Source of the DNA: Anaerolineae bacterium
Lineage (GTDB): Bacteria > Chloroflexota > Anaerolineae > B4-G1 > DUEL01
NCBI GenBank assembly: GCA_034435875.1
Contig: DAOTWL010000188.1
Coordinates: 1-42,855 of the forward strand
Reading direction: 5' to 3'
Length of the DNA stretch: 42,855 bases
Below, one piece after another: positions 32,157 through 39,473 of this stretch. The notes beneath the pieces were generated by a model. The model was given only the letters and a program-made list of their open reading frames with translations. It did no database searches and was not told the DNA's origin. Numbering within the stretch: the stretch's first letter is position 1; every line of letters begins with the position of its first letter. Both the position numbers and the translations under genes were made by a program.

Positions 32157-32407
32157 ACGTCGCGGTTACCGGGGCGGCAGGATATGTGGGACAGCGGCTA
32201 ATGGCCCGACTGAGATCCGACCCTGACGTAGAACAAATCGTCGGTATGGACATCCGGCCCCCTGAAACGCTGCTTCCTCCCAACGCGACCTTCCTCCAGA
32301 TGGACATCCGTGACCCTGCGCTGGGAGACATCCTTCGGCACTATAGAGTAGAGAGCCTGATCCACACTGCGTTTATTCCGGTTATCGCGGTGGCACTAAT
32401 TCGGTAG
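32153..32407 (+). pseudogene. N-terminal fragment of an NAD-dependent epimerase/dehydratase (truncated after about 72 residues)
   Basis: MNVAVTGAAGYVGQRLMARL (a Rossmann GxxGxxG) ...VESLIHTAF, after which the reading frame leaves family-like sequence and stops at 84 aa. Full-length members are about 300 aa. ATGA coupling to the MBL gene. Confidence 0.6.
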
Positions 32408-32462
32408 GAAGCAAGAAGTATTTCATTTGTTGTCTGCTTTTTTCCGCAGTCACCGTAGAAGA

Positions 32463-32803
32463 TGTGGATTTGTGGATAACCGGACATGCGGGATGAGCCC
32501 CCCAATTCCTGGGCTGTCGGTGCGAACCGGGTGTATTAGTGGGGGGATAGGGGAGAGATACCGCTTCCAGGGGCAGGGGATAAGTGGGGGAAAGTTGGAG
32601 AGAGTCTCCTCAAAGGACCGCATTGAGGGAGGGAGGATTCGTCGGGAGAGACACCGTACACAGGCGGAATTATCCACAGGCAATCAGAGTTATCCACAGA
32701 AATTAGCGGGTTATCCACACCCGAAGCGGGGCCCGGGGTGGGAAGAAGGCCACATATGGGGGGAAGGGGTCACCGATGTGCCAGGAATAAGGGATGTGGA
32801 TGG
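32463..32803. promoter_or_regulatory. DnaA-box cluster (oriC-like or DnaA-titration site)
   Basis: Perfect TTATCCACA occurs at 32670-32678, 32690-32698 and 32711-32719 in the same orientation, 20-21 bp apart. A perfect inverted box TGTGGATAA lies at 32471-32479. Degenerate 7/9 inverted boxes lie at 32463-32471 and 32795-32803. The AT-rich tract 32413-32447 is adjacent. Confidence 0.6.
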
Positions 32804-32851
32804 GTGGGAAGAGTTGTGTCTTCCAGTAGATAAACCTCAAGGAGGTACCCC

Positions 32852-34579
32852 ATGGAACTTGCCCGATTTCTCGCAGTAGCGCGAGGTGATGAGCCCGCGG
32901 AACTGGTGCTCCGGAACGGACGGGTCATCAATGTGTACACGGCCGAGATCATAGAGGCCGATATTGCTGTTGCGGACGGCCACATTGTCGGCGTGGGGGG
33001 CGGATACGACGGCCGCCAGGAGATAGACCTGGGGGGCCGGTACGTCTGCCCCGGCCTGATAGATGCCCATGTCCACATAGAGTCCTCTATGGTGACCCCC
33101 TATCAGTTCGCCCGTGCCGTCGTCCCTCGGGGGACGACGACCGTCGTCTGCGACCCCCACGAAATCGCCAACGTGGCCGGGACGGCCGGGATCCGCTATA
33201 TGCTGGACGCGTCAGAGGGCCTGCCGCTGACCGTCTACGTGAACCTGCCCTCCTGTGTGCCGGCCACAACCATGGGGACCGCCGGCGCTGAATTGAGCGC
33301 AGCCGACCTTCTGCCGCTGGCTGACCTTCCCCGGGTCCTGGGTCTGGCGGAGTTGATGAACGTCCCGGGCCTGGTCCTGGGATTCCCCGACGTGCTGGCG
33401 AAGGTGGCGGCGTTCCAGGACCGGGTGATAGACGGCCACGCCCCGGGCATCGGCGGGAAGTGGCTCCAGGCATACGTGGGTGCCGGGCCGGGTTCAGACC
33501 ACGAATGCACCACTGCCGCCGAGATGCTGGAGAAACTCCGCCTGGGCATGCGGGTCTTCATCCGGGAGTCCACGGCGGCGAAAAATCTGCGCGCGCTGAT
33601 ACCGGCCATCACGCCCCAGAACAGCCGTCGGTGTGCTTTCTGCACCGATGACCGCCATCCGGCTGACCTGCTGGACGAGGGGCATCTGGACCATCTCATC
33701 CGGCTGGCGGTGGCTGAAGGGTTGGACCCGGTCACGGCCATCCAGATGGCTACCCTGAACGCGGCCGAATGGTTCCGTCTGCGCGACCGGGGAGCCATCG
33801 CCCCCGGTCTGCGGGCCGACCTGGTGGTCTTTTCGGACCTGAAGAATTTCCGCCCGGAAATGGTCTTTTCCGCCGGGCATCTGGTGGCTCAGGCCGGAGA
33901 ACCGGTTGGCCGCTGGGAGGAGCCTCCGGCGGACGACTCCCCGGTGCGGGGGACGGTGCGGGTGGACTGGGGACGGGTCTCCCTGCGGATTGAGGCCCCA
34001 GATGCTGGTGCCCGGAGGGTCCGGGTGCGGGTCATCGGTGCTATCCCCGACCAGGTCCTGACCGAGCACCGGGTAGAGGAACTTCCCGTGCGGGACGGGG
34101 AGGTAATGGCCGACCCGGAGCGGGACATCCTGAAACTGGCCGTCATAGAGCGGCACCGGGGGACGGGCAACGTGGGGCTCGGGTTTGTGCAGGGGCTGGG
34201 ACTTCGCCAGGGAGCATTGGCGGGAAGCGTGGGGCACGATGCCCACAATCTCATCGTCGCTGGCTGCGATGATGTCTCTATGATGACGGCCGCCCGCGCG
34301 GTGGCCCGGATGGGTGGCGGCCTGGCCGTCGCGGTGGGGGAGCGGGTGCTGGCGACGGTGCCGCTGCCGGTCGCTGGCCTGATGTCGGACCAGCTGGTGG
34401 AGACGGTCCGCTTCCAGATGGACAGCCTGACCCGGGCGGCGAGATCGCTGGGGACCGCTCTGCCGGACCCCTTGATGACCATGAGTTTCCTGCCCCTGGA
34501 GGTCATCCCGGCGCTGAAGTTGACGGATCAGGGGCTGGTGGACGTGGAACAGTTTGCCTTTGTATCCCTTTTCGTCTGA
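32852..34579 (+). CDS. ade: adenine deaminase
   Basis: LVLRNGRVINVYTAEIIEADIAVADGHIVGVG...PGLIDAHVHIESSMVTP...GTTTVVCDPHEIANV... is canonical Ade. 575 aa. SD AAGGAGG upstream. Confidence 0.92.
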   Translation: MELARFLAVARGDEPAELVLRNGRVINVYTAEIIEADIAVADGHIVGVGGGYDGRQEIDLGGRYVCPGLIDAHVHIESSMVTPYQFARAVVPRGTTTVVCDPHEIANVAGTAGIRYMLDASEGLPLTVYVNLPSCVPATTMGTAGAELSAADLLPLADLPRVLGLAELMNVPGLVLGFPDVLAKVAAFQDRVIDGHAPGIGGKWLQAYVGAGPGSDHECTTAAEMLEKLRLGMRVFIRESTAAKNLRALIPAITPQNSRRCAFCTDDRHPADLLDEGHLDHLIRLAVAEGLDPVTAIQMATLNAAEWFRLRDRGAIAPGLRADLVVFSDLKNFRPEMVFSAGHLVAQAGEPVGRWEEPPADDSPVRGTVRVDWGRVSLRIEAPDAGARRVRVRVIGAIPDQVLTEHRVEELPVRDGEVMADPERDILKLAVIERHRGTGNVGLGFVQGLGLRQGALAGSVGHDAHNLIVAGCDDVSMMTAARAVARMGGGLAVAVGERVLATVPLPVAGLMSDQLVETVRFQMDSLTRAARSLGTALPDPLMTMSFLPLEVIPALKLTDQGLVDVEQFAFVSLFV

Positions 34580-34591
34580 GTGGAGGGGCAA

Positions 34592-34696
34592 CCTCACCCC
34601 TCCCCCGCCGCCTTCGGCGGCACCCCCTCCCCTCTCCTGACCAAAGGTCAGGAGAGGGGAGGGGGTAGCGGCGAAGCCGCTGGGGGTGGGGTGAGG
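34592..34696. repeat. family A palindromic element (105 nt)
   Basis: CCTCACCCCTCCCCC-GCCGCCTTCGGCGGC-ACCCCCTCCCCTCTCCTGACC-AAAG-GGTCAGGAGAGGGGAGGGGGT-AGCGGCGAAGCCGCT-GGGGGTGGGGTGAGG, 12 nt after the ade stop. Confidence 0.8.
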
Positions 34697-34857
34697 TTGA
34701 CGCCCGGCGCAAGCCCCCAGGGGAGGCCGATTTCCAATCGGCGCCCGGGGCGGCGGCGGGAGGGGCGACCAAACCCAGCCTGAAATGGATGCATATGGGG
34801 CAACCCTTGCGGTTGCCTCCCTTGCAGTTGCCCCATTGCAGTTGAAGGAGGCGGGAC

Positions 34858-36819
34858 ATGACGTTCGCCAAAGCAGGAGTGACCCTCGGGGAGGGGCCCC
34901 TTCGCCCGGCGGACCTGGAGGCCCTCCAGCAGGCCGCCGTAGAAGCGGTGCGGCTGCGGGCCGGAGTCAACCCGGTCGGCGACGTGGACACGCTTCGGGG
35001 GCTGGGCATCCAGCGGTTCCTGGTCCAGTTGCTGAGCCCCCGGCCCGGCGCAGCGCCGACGTCGCCGGAGACGTTTGTGGAGGACTTCGCCCCTCTGGTG
35101 GCCGCGTTCCTCCGCGAAGGCGTCACCGACTTTGAAATCCACGGGGAGCCGAACACCGCCCCGCGCGGCTACAGCGTCTCCTGGGATTCCCCCGCCGCCT
35201 TCTCCGCCTGGTTTCTCGCCGTGGCCGACGGCCTGCGCCGCCGCTTCGGCCCGCCCCTCCGGGTGGGCTTCCCCGGCCTGGCCCCCGCCGGCCCCGCTCT
35301 GCCCGGACTGACCCCTGTTGTCCCCGATGAGGCGTTCCTGAACGAGTGCCGGGAGGCGCTGGCCGCCGCCGACTTCGTCTGCTGTCATGTCTACTGGACG
35401 ACACGGGCGGAGATGGAGAACTACAACGGCGCCCTGCGCTTCCTGCGCCTCTATCTGGAACGGCCCGAGGTCCGCCCCAAACCGGTCGTCATCTCCCAGT
35501 TCGCCCATGTTAACCCAGCCCAATCGGATACCGAAAAGGGCGCCCAGTACGCCGATTTCTACTTTTTCTGTACCCAGTACGACCGGATAGAAGCCGTCTA
35601 TGGTTTTCTCCTCCGTTCTTCCGACCCCTCCTGGGCCGGGCTGACCTGGCTCCGGCCCGACGGTACTCCGACGGCAATCCCCGGCGCGGTGGGCGGTCGG
35701 AAGCGGATGCCCCATCCGGCCGCGCTGCGGTTGCTCTGGCCGACGGTCACCCGGGCCTACACCCAGGCCTACGGCGACCGTCAGCAGAGCTACTACGAGG
35801 CTTCCTGGGACCCCGTCCACCAGACCTACTGGCTGCATGGGGGACACGAAGGGGTGGACTTACAGGCGGCGGAGGGTTCTCCTATCCTGGCCTGCCTGCG
35901 GGGACAGGTCTCCCACGGCCCGCCCGGCACGGCCTACGGGAAGTACGTCCGGACGGTCAGCAACGTCCCCGGCGTGGGGCAGGTCACCGTGCTCTACGGC
36001 CACCTGCGGGAGATTCTGGTGCCGGATGGCAGTACCGTCTCGGCGGGGGAGGTCATCGGTCTGGCGGGACGGACCGGTCAGGCGACCGGGCCGCATCTGC
36101 ACCTGGGGATGCGGATTGGGGGGCTGGAACTGCGGCCCACCAGCCATTACCTGAACGCGCGCCGCTACCTGGAGCCGGTGCGGGGGACCCCCCGGGTGCC
36201 GTACGAGCGCACCTACGTCCTCCTGCCCCCGCAGGCCGACCGGGCCTGGGCCGAGGCGGTGGTGGCGGCCACATGGGACACCCGTCGTTTCACCGTGGGT
36301 GGCAGCGCCGACGACGCCGGCATCGGCGACCTGCCGGTCCGGCGGGTGATGGCCGTCAATCCGGAGGGCTGGCCCGGCGACCTGGCGGCTTTCTTCACCG
36401 AATACTATCCGGGGGTGGCGCTGGTGCCGGTCCACGCGGAGACCCCCGGAGAACTGGCGGAGATTTTGCAGGCCCCGCCGCCTTCCCCCGGGGTGCCGGG
36501 AGGGCCACCCCCCTCCGGCGGGTTGCCCCGGGTCCAGTACGGCCGGACCTCCGTCCTTCTGCCCCCGCAGGCCGACCGGGCCTGGGCCCGGGCGGTGGTG
36601 GCGGCGACGTGGGACCGCCACCGGTACACCCTCGGCGGCAGCGCCGACGACGCCGGCATCGGCGACCTGGATTTCCGGCGGGTGATCGCCGTCAACCCGG
36701 CGGGCTGGGGCGGGGACCTGCGGGCCTTCTTTGAGCGGTACTATCCGGGGATCATCTACGTCCCCGTGGAGGCGGAGACGCCGGAGGGACTGGCGGAGTG
36801 GCTGGAAGAGAGGGGGTGA
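34858..36819 (+). CDS. multidomain M23 family metallopeptidase (N-terminal TIM-barrel glycosidase-like region, M23 domain, two tandem C-terminal domains of about 112 aa)
   Basis: HEGVDLQAAEGSPILA...GKYV...LYGHL...GRTGQATGPHLHLGMR is the M23 signature. FEIHGEPN resembles a GH catalytic NEP motif. An internal nucleotide duplication has a period of 336 nt (36223 versus 36559). No signal peptide is evident. Confidence 0.85.
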   Translation: MTFAKAGVTLGEGPLRPADLEALQQAAVEAVRLRAGVNPVGDVDTLRGLGIQRFLVQLLSPRPGAAPTSPETFVEDFAPLVAAFLREGVTDFEIHGEPNTAPRGYSVSWDSPAAFSAWFLAVADGLRRRFGPPLRVGFPGLAPAGPALPGLTPVVPDEAFLNECREALAAADFVCCHVYWTTRAEMENYNGALRFLRLYLERPEVRPKPVVISQFAHVNPAQSDTEKGAQYADFYFFCTQYDRIEAVYGFLLRSSDPSWAGLTWLRPDGTPTAIPGAVGGRKRMPHPAALRLLWPTVTRAYTQAYGDRQQSYYEASWDPVHQTYWLHGGHEGVDLQAAEGSPILACLRGQVSHGPPGTAYGKYVRTVSNVPGVGQVTVLYGHLREILVPDGSTVSAGEVIGLAGRTGQATGPHLHLGMRIGGLELRPTSHYLNARRYLEPVRGTPRVPYERTYVLLPPQADRAWAEAVVAATWDTRRFTVGGSADDAGIGDLPVRRVMAVNPEGWPGDLAAFFTEYYPGVALVPVHAETPGELAEILQAPPPSPGVPGGPPPSGGLPRVQYGRTSVLLPPQADRAWARAVVAATWDRHRYTLGGSADDAGIGDLDFRRVIAVNPAGWGGDLRAFFERYYPGIIYVPVEAETPEGLAEWLEERG

Positions 36820-36842
36820 AGCGCCCCCCCGGCAATCAAAAA

Positions 36843-36869
36843 GGCCGCCCCTGCAGGGGCGGCCTTTTT
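36843..36869 (+). terminator. intrinsic terminator (potentially bidirectional)
   Basis: GGCCGCCCC-TGCA-GGGGCGGCC is followed by TTTTT and preceded by AAAAA. Confidence 0.65.
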
Positions 36870-36876
36870 GATGGAG

Positions 36877-37036
36877 CCTCACCCCTCCCCCTGACCCCCT
36901 CCCCTCTCCCGAACGAAGTTCGGGAGAGGGGAGGGGGGAGCGGCGAAGGGCCATCCCTCGCCGGCGCTCGGGACGGGATGCCGAAGAGCCACGGCCCGTG
37001 GGGCTCGCCCGAGGCGCCGCTGGGAGTGGGGTGAGG
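36877..37036. repeat. family A palindromic element (160-nt variant)
   Basis: CCTCACCCCTCCCCC...CCCTCCCCTCTCCCGAAC-GAAG-TTCGGGAGAGGGGAGGGG...GGGAGTGGGGTGAGG. Confidence 0.6.
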
Positions 37037-37043
37037 AAGGCTC

Positions 37044-37310
37044 TTACACCTGGTCCTTCCCCGGACCGATCTTGTAGTAGTCGGCGTTCTTCTGGATGTC
37101 GGCCTTGTAGGCGTCGGGCACCTCATCCTCGTGGAAGATCGCCTCGTTGGGGCACTCGGCGGCGCAGGCCCCGCACTCAATGCAGGTATCGGGGTTGATG
37201 TAGTAGGTGGGCCAGTTGGGGTCCCCGTCCACAAAATGGATGGAGTCGGTGGGGCAGACATCCACGCAGGCCCCGGCCCGCTTGCACAGGCTGGTGATGA
37301 CGTATGTCAT
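37044..37310 (-). CDS. 4Fe-4S ferredoxin
   Basis: MTYVITSLCKRAGACVDVCPTDSIH...CIECGACAAECPNEAI carries two Cys clusters of bacterial-type ferredoxin. Confidence 0.9.
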   Translation of the reverse strand: MTYVITSLCKRAGACVDVCPTDSIHFVDGDPNWPTYYINPDTCIECGACAAECPNEAIFHEDEVPDAYKADIQKNADYYKIGPGKDQV

Positions 37311-37403
37311 TTTGAACCTCCGTGTATATTGGGGTGATGATGGTCTCTTTTGAGAAGGGTCGCCGGACGGCGCTATTATACCATCATGCCGGAGATTTGC
37401 AAT

Positions 37404-38165
37404 TCAGATTGGGCGCGGGCCGACGGGACGGCGGTGGGCCCAGCGTTCGCCGCCGTCCACGAAGAGGACTTCGCCCGTGATGTAGTCGGCGCGGAGGAGG
37501 AAGAGGACGGCCTCCACCACGTCCTGCGGGTCCCCCCAGCGCCCCAGCAGGGTCCCCTGGGCGATCCGGGCCCGGTCTTCCTCCGGATAGTCCGGCGGCG
37601 GGAGGACGGGCCCGGGCACCACGCCGTTCACCCGTACATGGGGGGCCAGTTCCACCGCCAGGTTGCGGGCCAACGCCCAGAGCGCGCTTTTCCCCACGCT
37701 GTGGGCCAGAAAATCCGGCCACGGGTCAAAGGTCCCCCGGTCCAGAATGACCACTATGCTCCCCTCCCCGCGCGCGACCATCCCCGGGGTGAGTTCGCGG
37801 GCCAGGATGAAGAACCCATCCACCAGTACGCCCAGGACCTGGCGCCAGAGTTCGGGGGTCGTCCCGGAGAGGGAGGCCCGCACAAAGGGGGAGGCACCGT
37901 GGACGATGACGTCCACGCGGCCGAAGTGGGTGAGGGCCTGCCGGGCCAGCGAGAGGGTCTCCTCCGGGTTGGCCAGGTCGGCCGGGAGGGCCACCGCCTC
38001 CACGCCCTGCGCTCGGGCCCCGGCGACGGTCTCCCGGGCGGCTTCGGCGGAGCGGTGGTAGTGGACGACCAGATGGGCCTCGGCCGAAGCCAATCCCAGG
38101 GCAATAGCGCGCCCCACCCGCACGGCGCCCCCGGTGACCAGCGCGACTTTGCCGGAGAGGTTCAT
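37404..38165 (-). CDS. SDR family oxidoreductase
   Basis: KVALVTGGAVRVGRAIAL (TGxxxxG) ...HSVGKSAL... (YxxxK-like region with H in place of Y) ...VNGVVPGPV. ATG 38165 has SD GGAGGT, inside ORF 37404..38279. Confidence 0.85.
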   Translation of the reverse strand: MNLSGKVALVTGGAVRVGRAIALGLASAEAHLVVHYHRSAEAARETVAGARAQGVEAVALPADLANPEETLSLARQALTHFGRVDVIVHGASPFVRASLSGTTPELWRQVLGVLVDGFFILARELTPGMVARGEGSIVVILDRGTFDPWPDFLAHSVGKSALWALARNLAVELAPHVRVNGVVPGPVLPPPDYPEEDRARIAQGTLLGRWGDPQDVVEAVLFLLRADYITGEVLFVDGGERWAHRRPVGPRPI

Positions 38166-38283
38166 CGGCAATGACCTCCACTTCAGGGCTGACTCGTTAC
38201 GGCCACTGGCGGCCCACGTCCTGGATGGCGCGGAAGATCGCGTCGTATCAGCCCGATGCAGGCTGTTGCAGTTTAACAAACGC

Positions 38284-38407
38284 CCTCACCCCACCCCTAT
38301 ACCCCTCCCCTCTCCCGCTTGCGGGAGAGGGAAGGGGCCGGGGGAGGGGTGAGGGCCCCGCCGCCGAAAGCGAGCGGGAGAGGGGCCGGGGGTGAGGCGG
38401 GTGAGGG
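38284..38407. repeat. family A-related GC-rich palindromic element
   Basis: CCTCACCCCACCCC...CCCTCCCCTCTCCCGC-TTGC-GGGAGAGGGAAGGGG...GGGGTGAGG...GGGGTGAGGCGGGTGAGGG. Confidence 0.55.
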
Positions 38408-38658
38408 CGAGTCGCAGTTGATTGCCCAAATAATTTTTCCAGTTGCAAAAGCCTGCGGTACGCCTGATGCAGGCTGAGCGCCAGGGCGGGGACGGCATGG
38501 GCTTTGCAGGCGCGGCAGGGCACAAGCCAATGCCACCTTGCAGGGGTGCCACAGCATTGGTTGGGTTTGAAACAACATCAAAGCGGCAAGCCTCGCCTGT
38601 GTAGGGGCGACCCTTGCGGTCGCCCTATGGTGCAGCCAGGCCTGGCGGCCTGCGCTAC

Positions 38659-38687
38659 TTGCCAAAATCCGCAATGCCTGCTATAAT
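38659..38687 (+). promoter_or_regulatory. tRNA promoter, TTGCCA-17 nt-TATAAT
   Basis: TTGCCA at 38659-38664 and TATAAT at 38682-38687, 9 nt upstream of the mature tRNA 5' end. Confidence 0.6.
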
Positions 38688-38696
38688 ACAAATCAG

Positions 38697-38774
38697 CGGG
38701 GCGTGGCGCAGTTTGGCTAGCGCGCTACAATGGGGTTGTAGAGGCCGACGGTTCAAATCCGTCCGCCCCGACCA
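38697..38774 (+). tRNA. tRNA-Pro (anticodon GGG), CCA encoded
   Basis: Manual cloverleaf: acceptor stem CGGGGCG/CGCCCCG, D stem GCGC/GCGC, anticodon stem CTACA/TGTAG with loop AUGGGGU (U33, GGG, G37), T stem GACGG/CCGTC with loop TTCAAAT, discriminator A, then CCA. Confidence 0.93.
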
Positions 38775-38775
38775 G

Positions 38776-38820
38776 AGACGTGCCGGGCACTGGAGGAAGT
38801 GCCCGGCACGTCTGCTTTTA
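38776..38820 (+). terminator. intrinsic terminator after tRNA-Pro
   Basis: AGACGTGCCGGGCAC (38776-38790) pairs with GTGCCCGGCACGTCT (38799-38813), followed by GCTTTT. Confidence 0.6.
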
Positions 38821-39450
38821 CACCCGAATCCCCACCAGTTGCCGGAGCCGCTCCTCGGAGGCCGCCCGAACCTCCTCGTGGATGGAGCGTCCGTGGCTAT
38901 CCATCGTCACCACCAGAGGGAGGTTCTCCACCCGGATGACCCAGAAGGCCTCCGGCACCCCGAACTCGTCCTTCTTGTAGACGGTGAGGACCTCCTTGAC
39001 GGCGTCAGCGATGAGGGTGGCGGCCCCACCGACTGCGTGGAGGTAGACCGCGCCGTATTCCTGGCAGGCCCGCAGGGTTCGGGGGCCCATCCCGCCTTTG
39101 CCGATGACTCCCCGCAGGCCGAAGTGGGCGATGACGTCGGCCTGGTAGGGCTCCTCCCGGATGGAGGTGGTGGGTCCGGCGGCGACGAACTCCCGGCGCC
39201 CGTCCTCCCGCTGGCGGACCACCGGCCCGCAGTGGTAGATGGCGCCGCCCGCCAGCAACCGGCGCAGTTCCTCGTAGAGCGCCCGTTCGCTCTCCGGCAC
39301 GGCGGCGGAGCGGATAAACGTCTCCACCATGTACTTGTGGGCCGCATCCCGCCCGGTGACGATGACGCCGGAGAGATACACCGTATCCCCCACCTGGAGG
39401 GAACGGACGGCTTCTTCGGAGATGGGAACGGTCAGATGAACGGTTGCCAT
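38818..39450 (-). CDS. Fe-S type (class I) fumarate/tartrate hydro-lyase, beta subunit
   Basis: LSGVIVTGRDAAHKYM...IYHCGPVV...AAGPTTSIREEPY...GVIGKGGMG...AVYLHAVGGAA is the canonical FumA C-terminal/TtdB domain. ATG 39450 has SD GGGGAGGAAAAGG. Confidence 0.88.
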   Translation of the reverse strand: MATVHLTVPISEEAVRSLQVGDTVYLSGVIVTGRDAAHKYMVETFIRSAAVPESERALYEELRRLLAGGAIYHCGPVVRQREDGRREFVAAGPTTSIREEPYQADVIAHFGLRGVIGKGGMGPRTLRACQEYGAVYLHAVGGAATLIADAVKEVLTVYKKDEFGVPEAFWVIRVENLPLVVTMDSHGRSIHEEVRAASEERLRQLVGIRV

Positions 39451-39473
39451 GTCCTTTTCCTCCCCGGTCGGGC

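Noticed and set aside
32358-32366. TGATCCACA (an 8/9 match to a DnaA box) inside the epimerase fragment.
   Set aside because: It encodes the conserved ...LIHT... segment of the SDR fold, so the match is probably coincidental. It is not counted in the cluster.
32427-32879. 150-aa ORF across the DnaA-box region.
   Set aside because: It has a low-complexity G/R-rich translation, no SD and atypical codon usage. It overlaps the adenine deaminase start. The region is better explained as non-coding.
8866-38407. Possibility that the recurring GC-rich palindromes form a CRISPR array.
   Set aside because: The copies are dispersed kilobases apart. They are not separated by uniform short spacers, they vary in length (105-260 nt), and no cas genes are present.
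38697-38820. tRNA-Pro as an integration site for a mobile element.
   Set aside because: There is no integrase, no duplicated tRNA 3' end and no compositional island downstream. The next genes are fumarate hydratase subunits.
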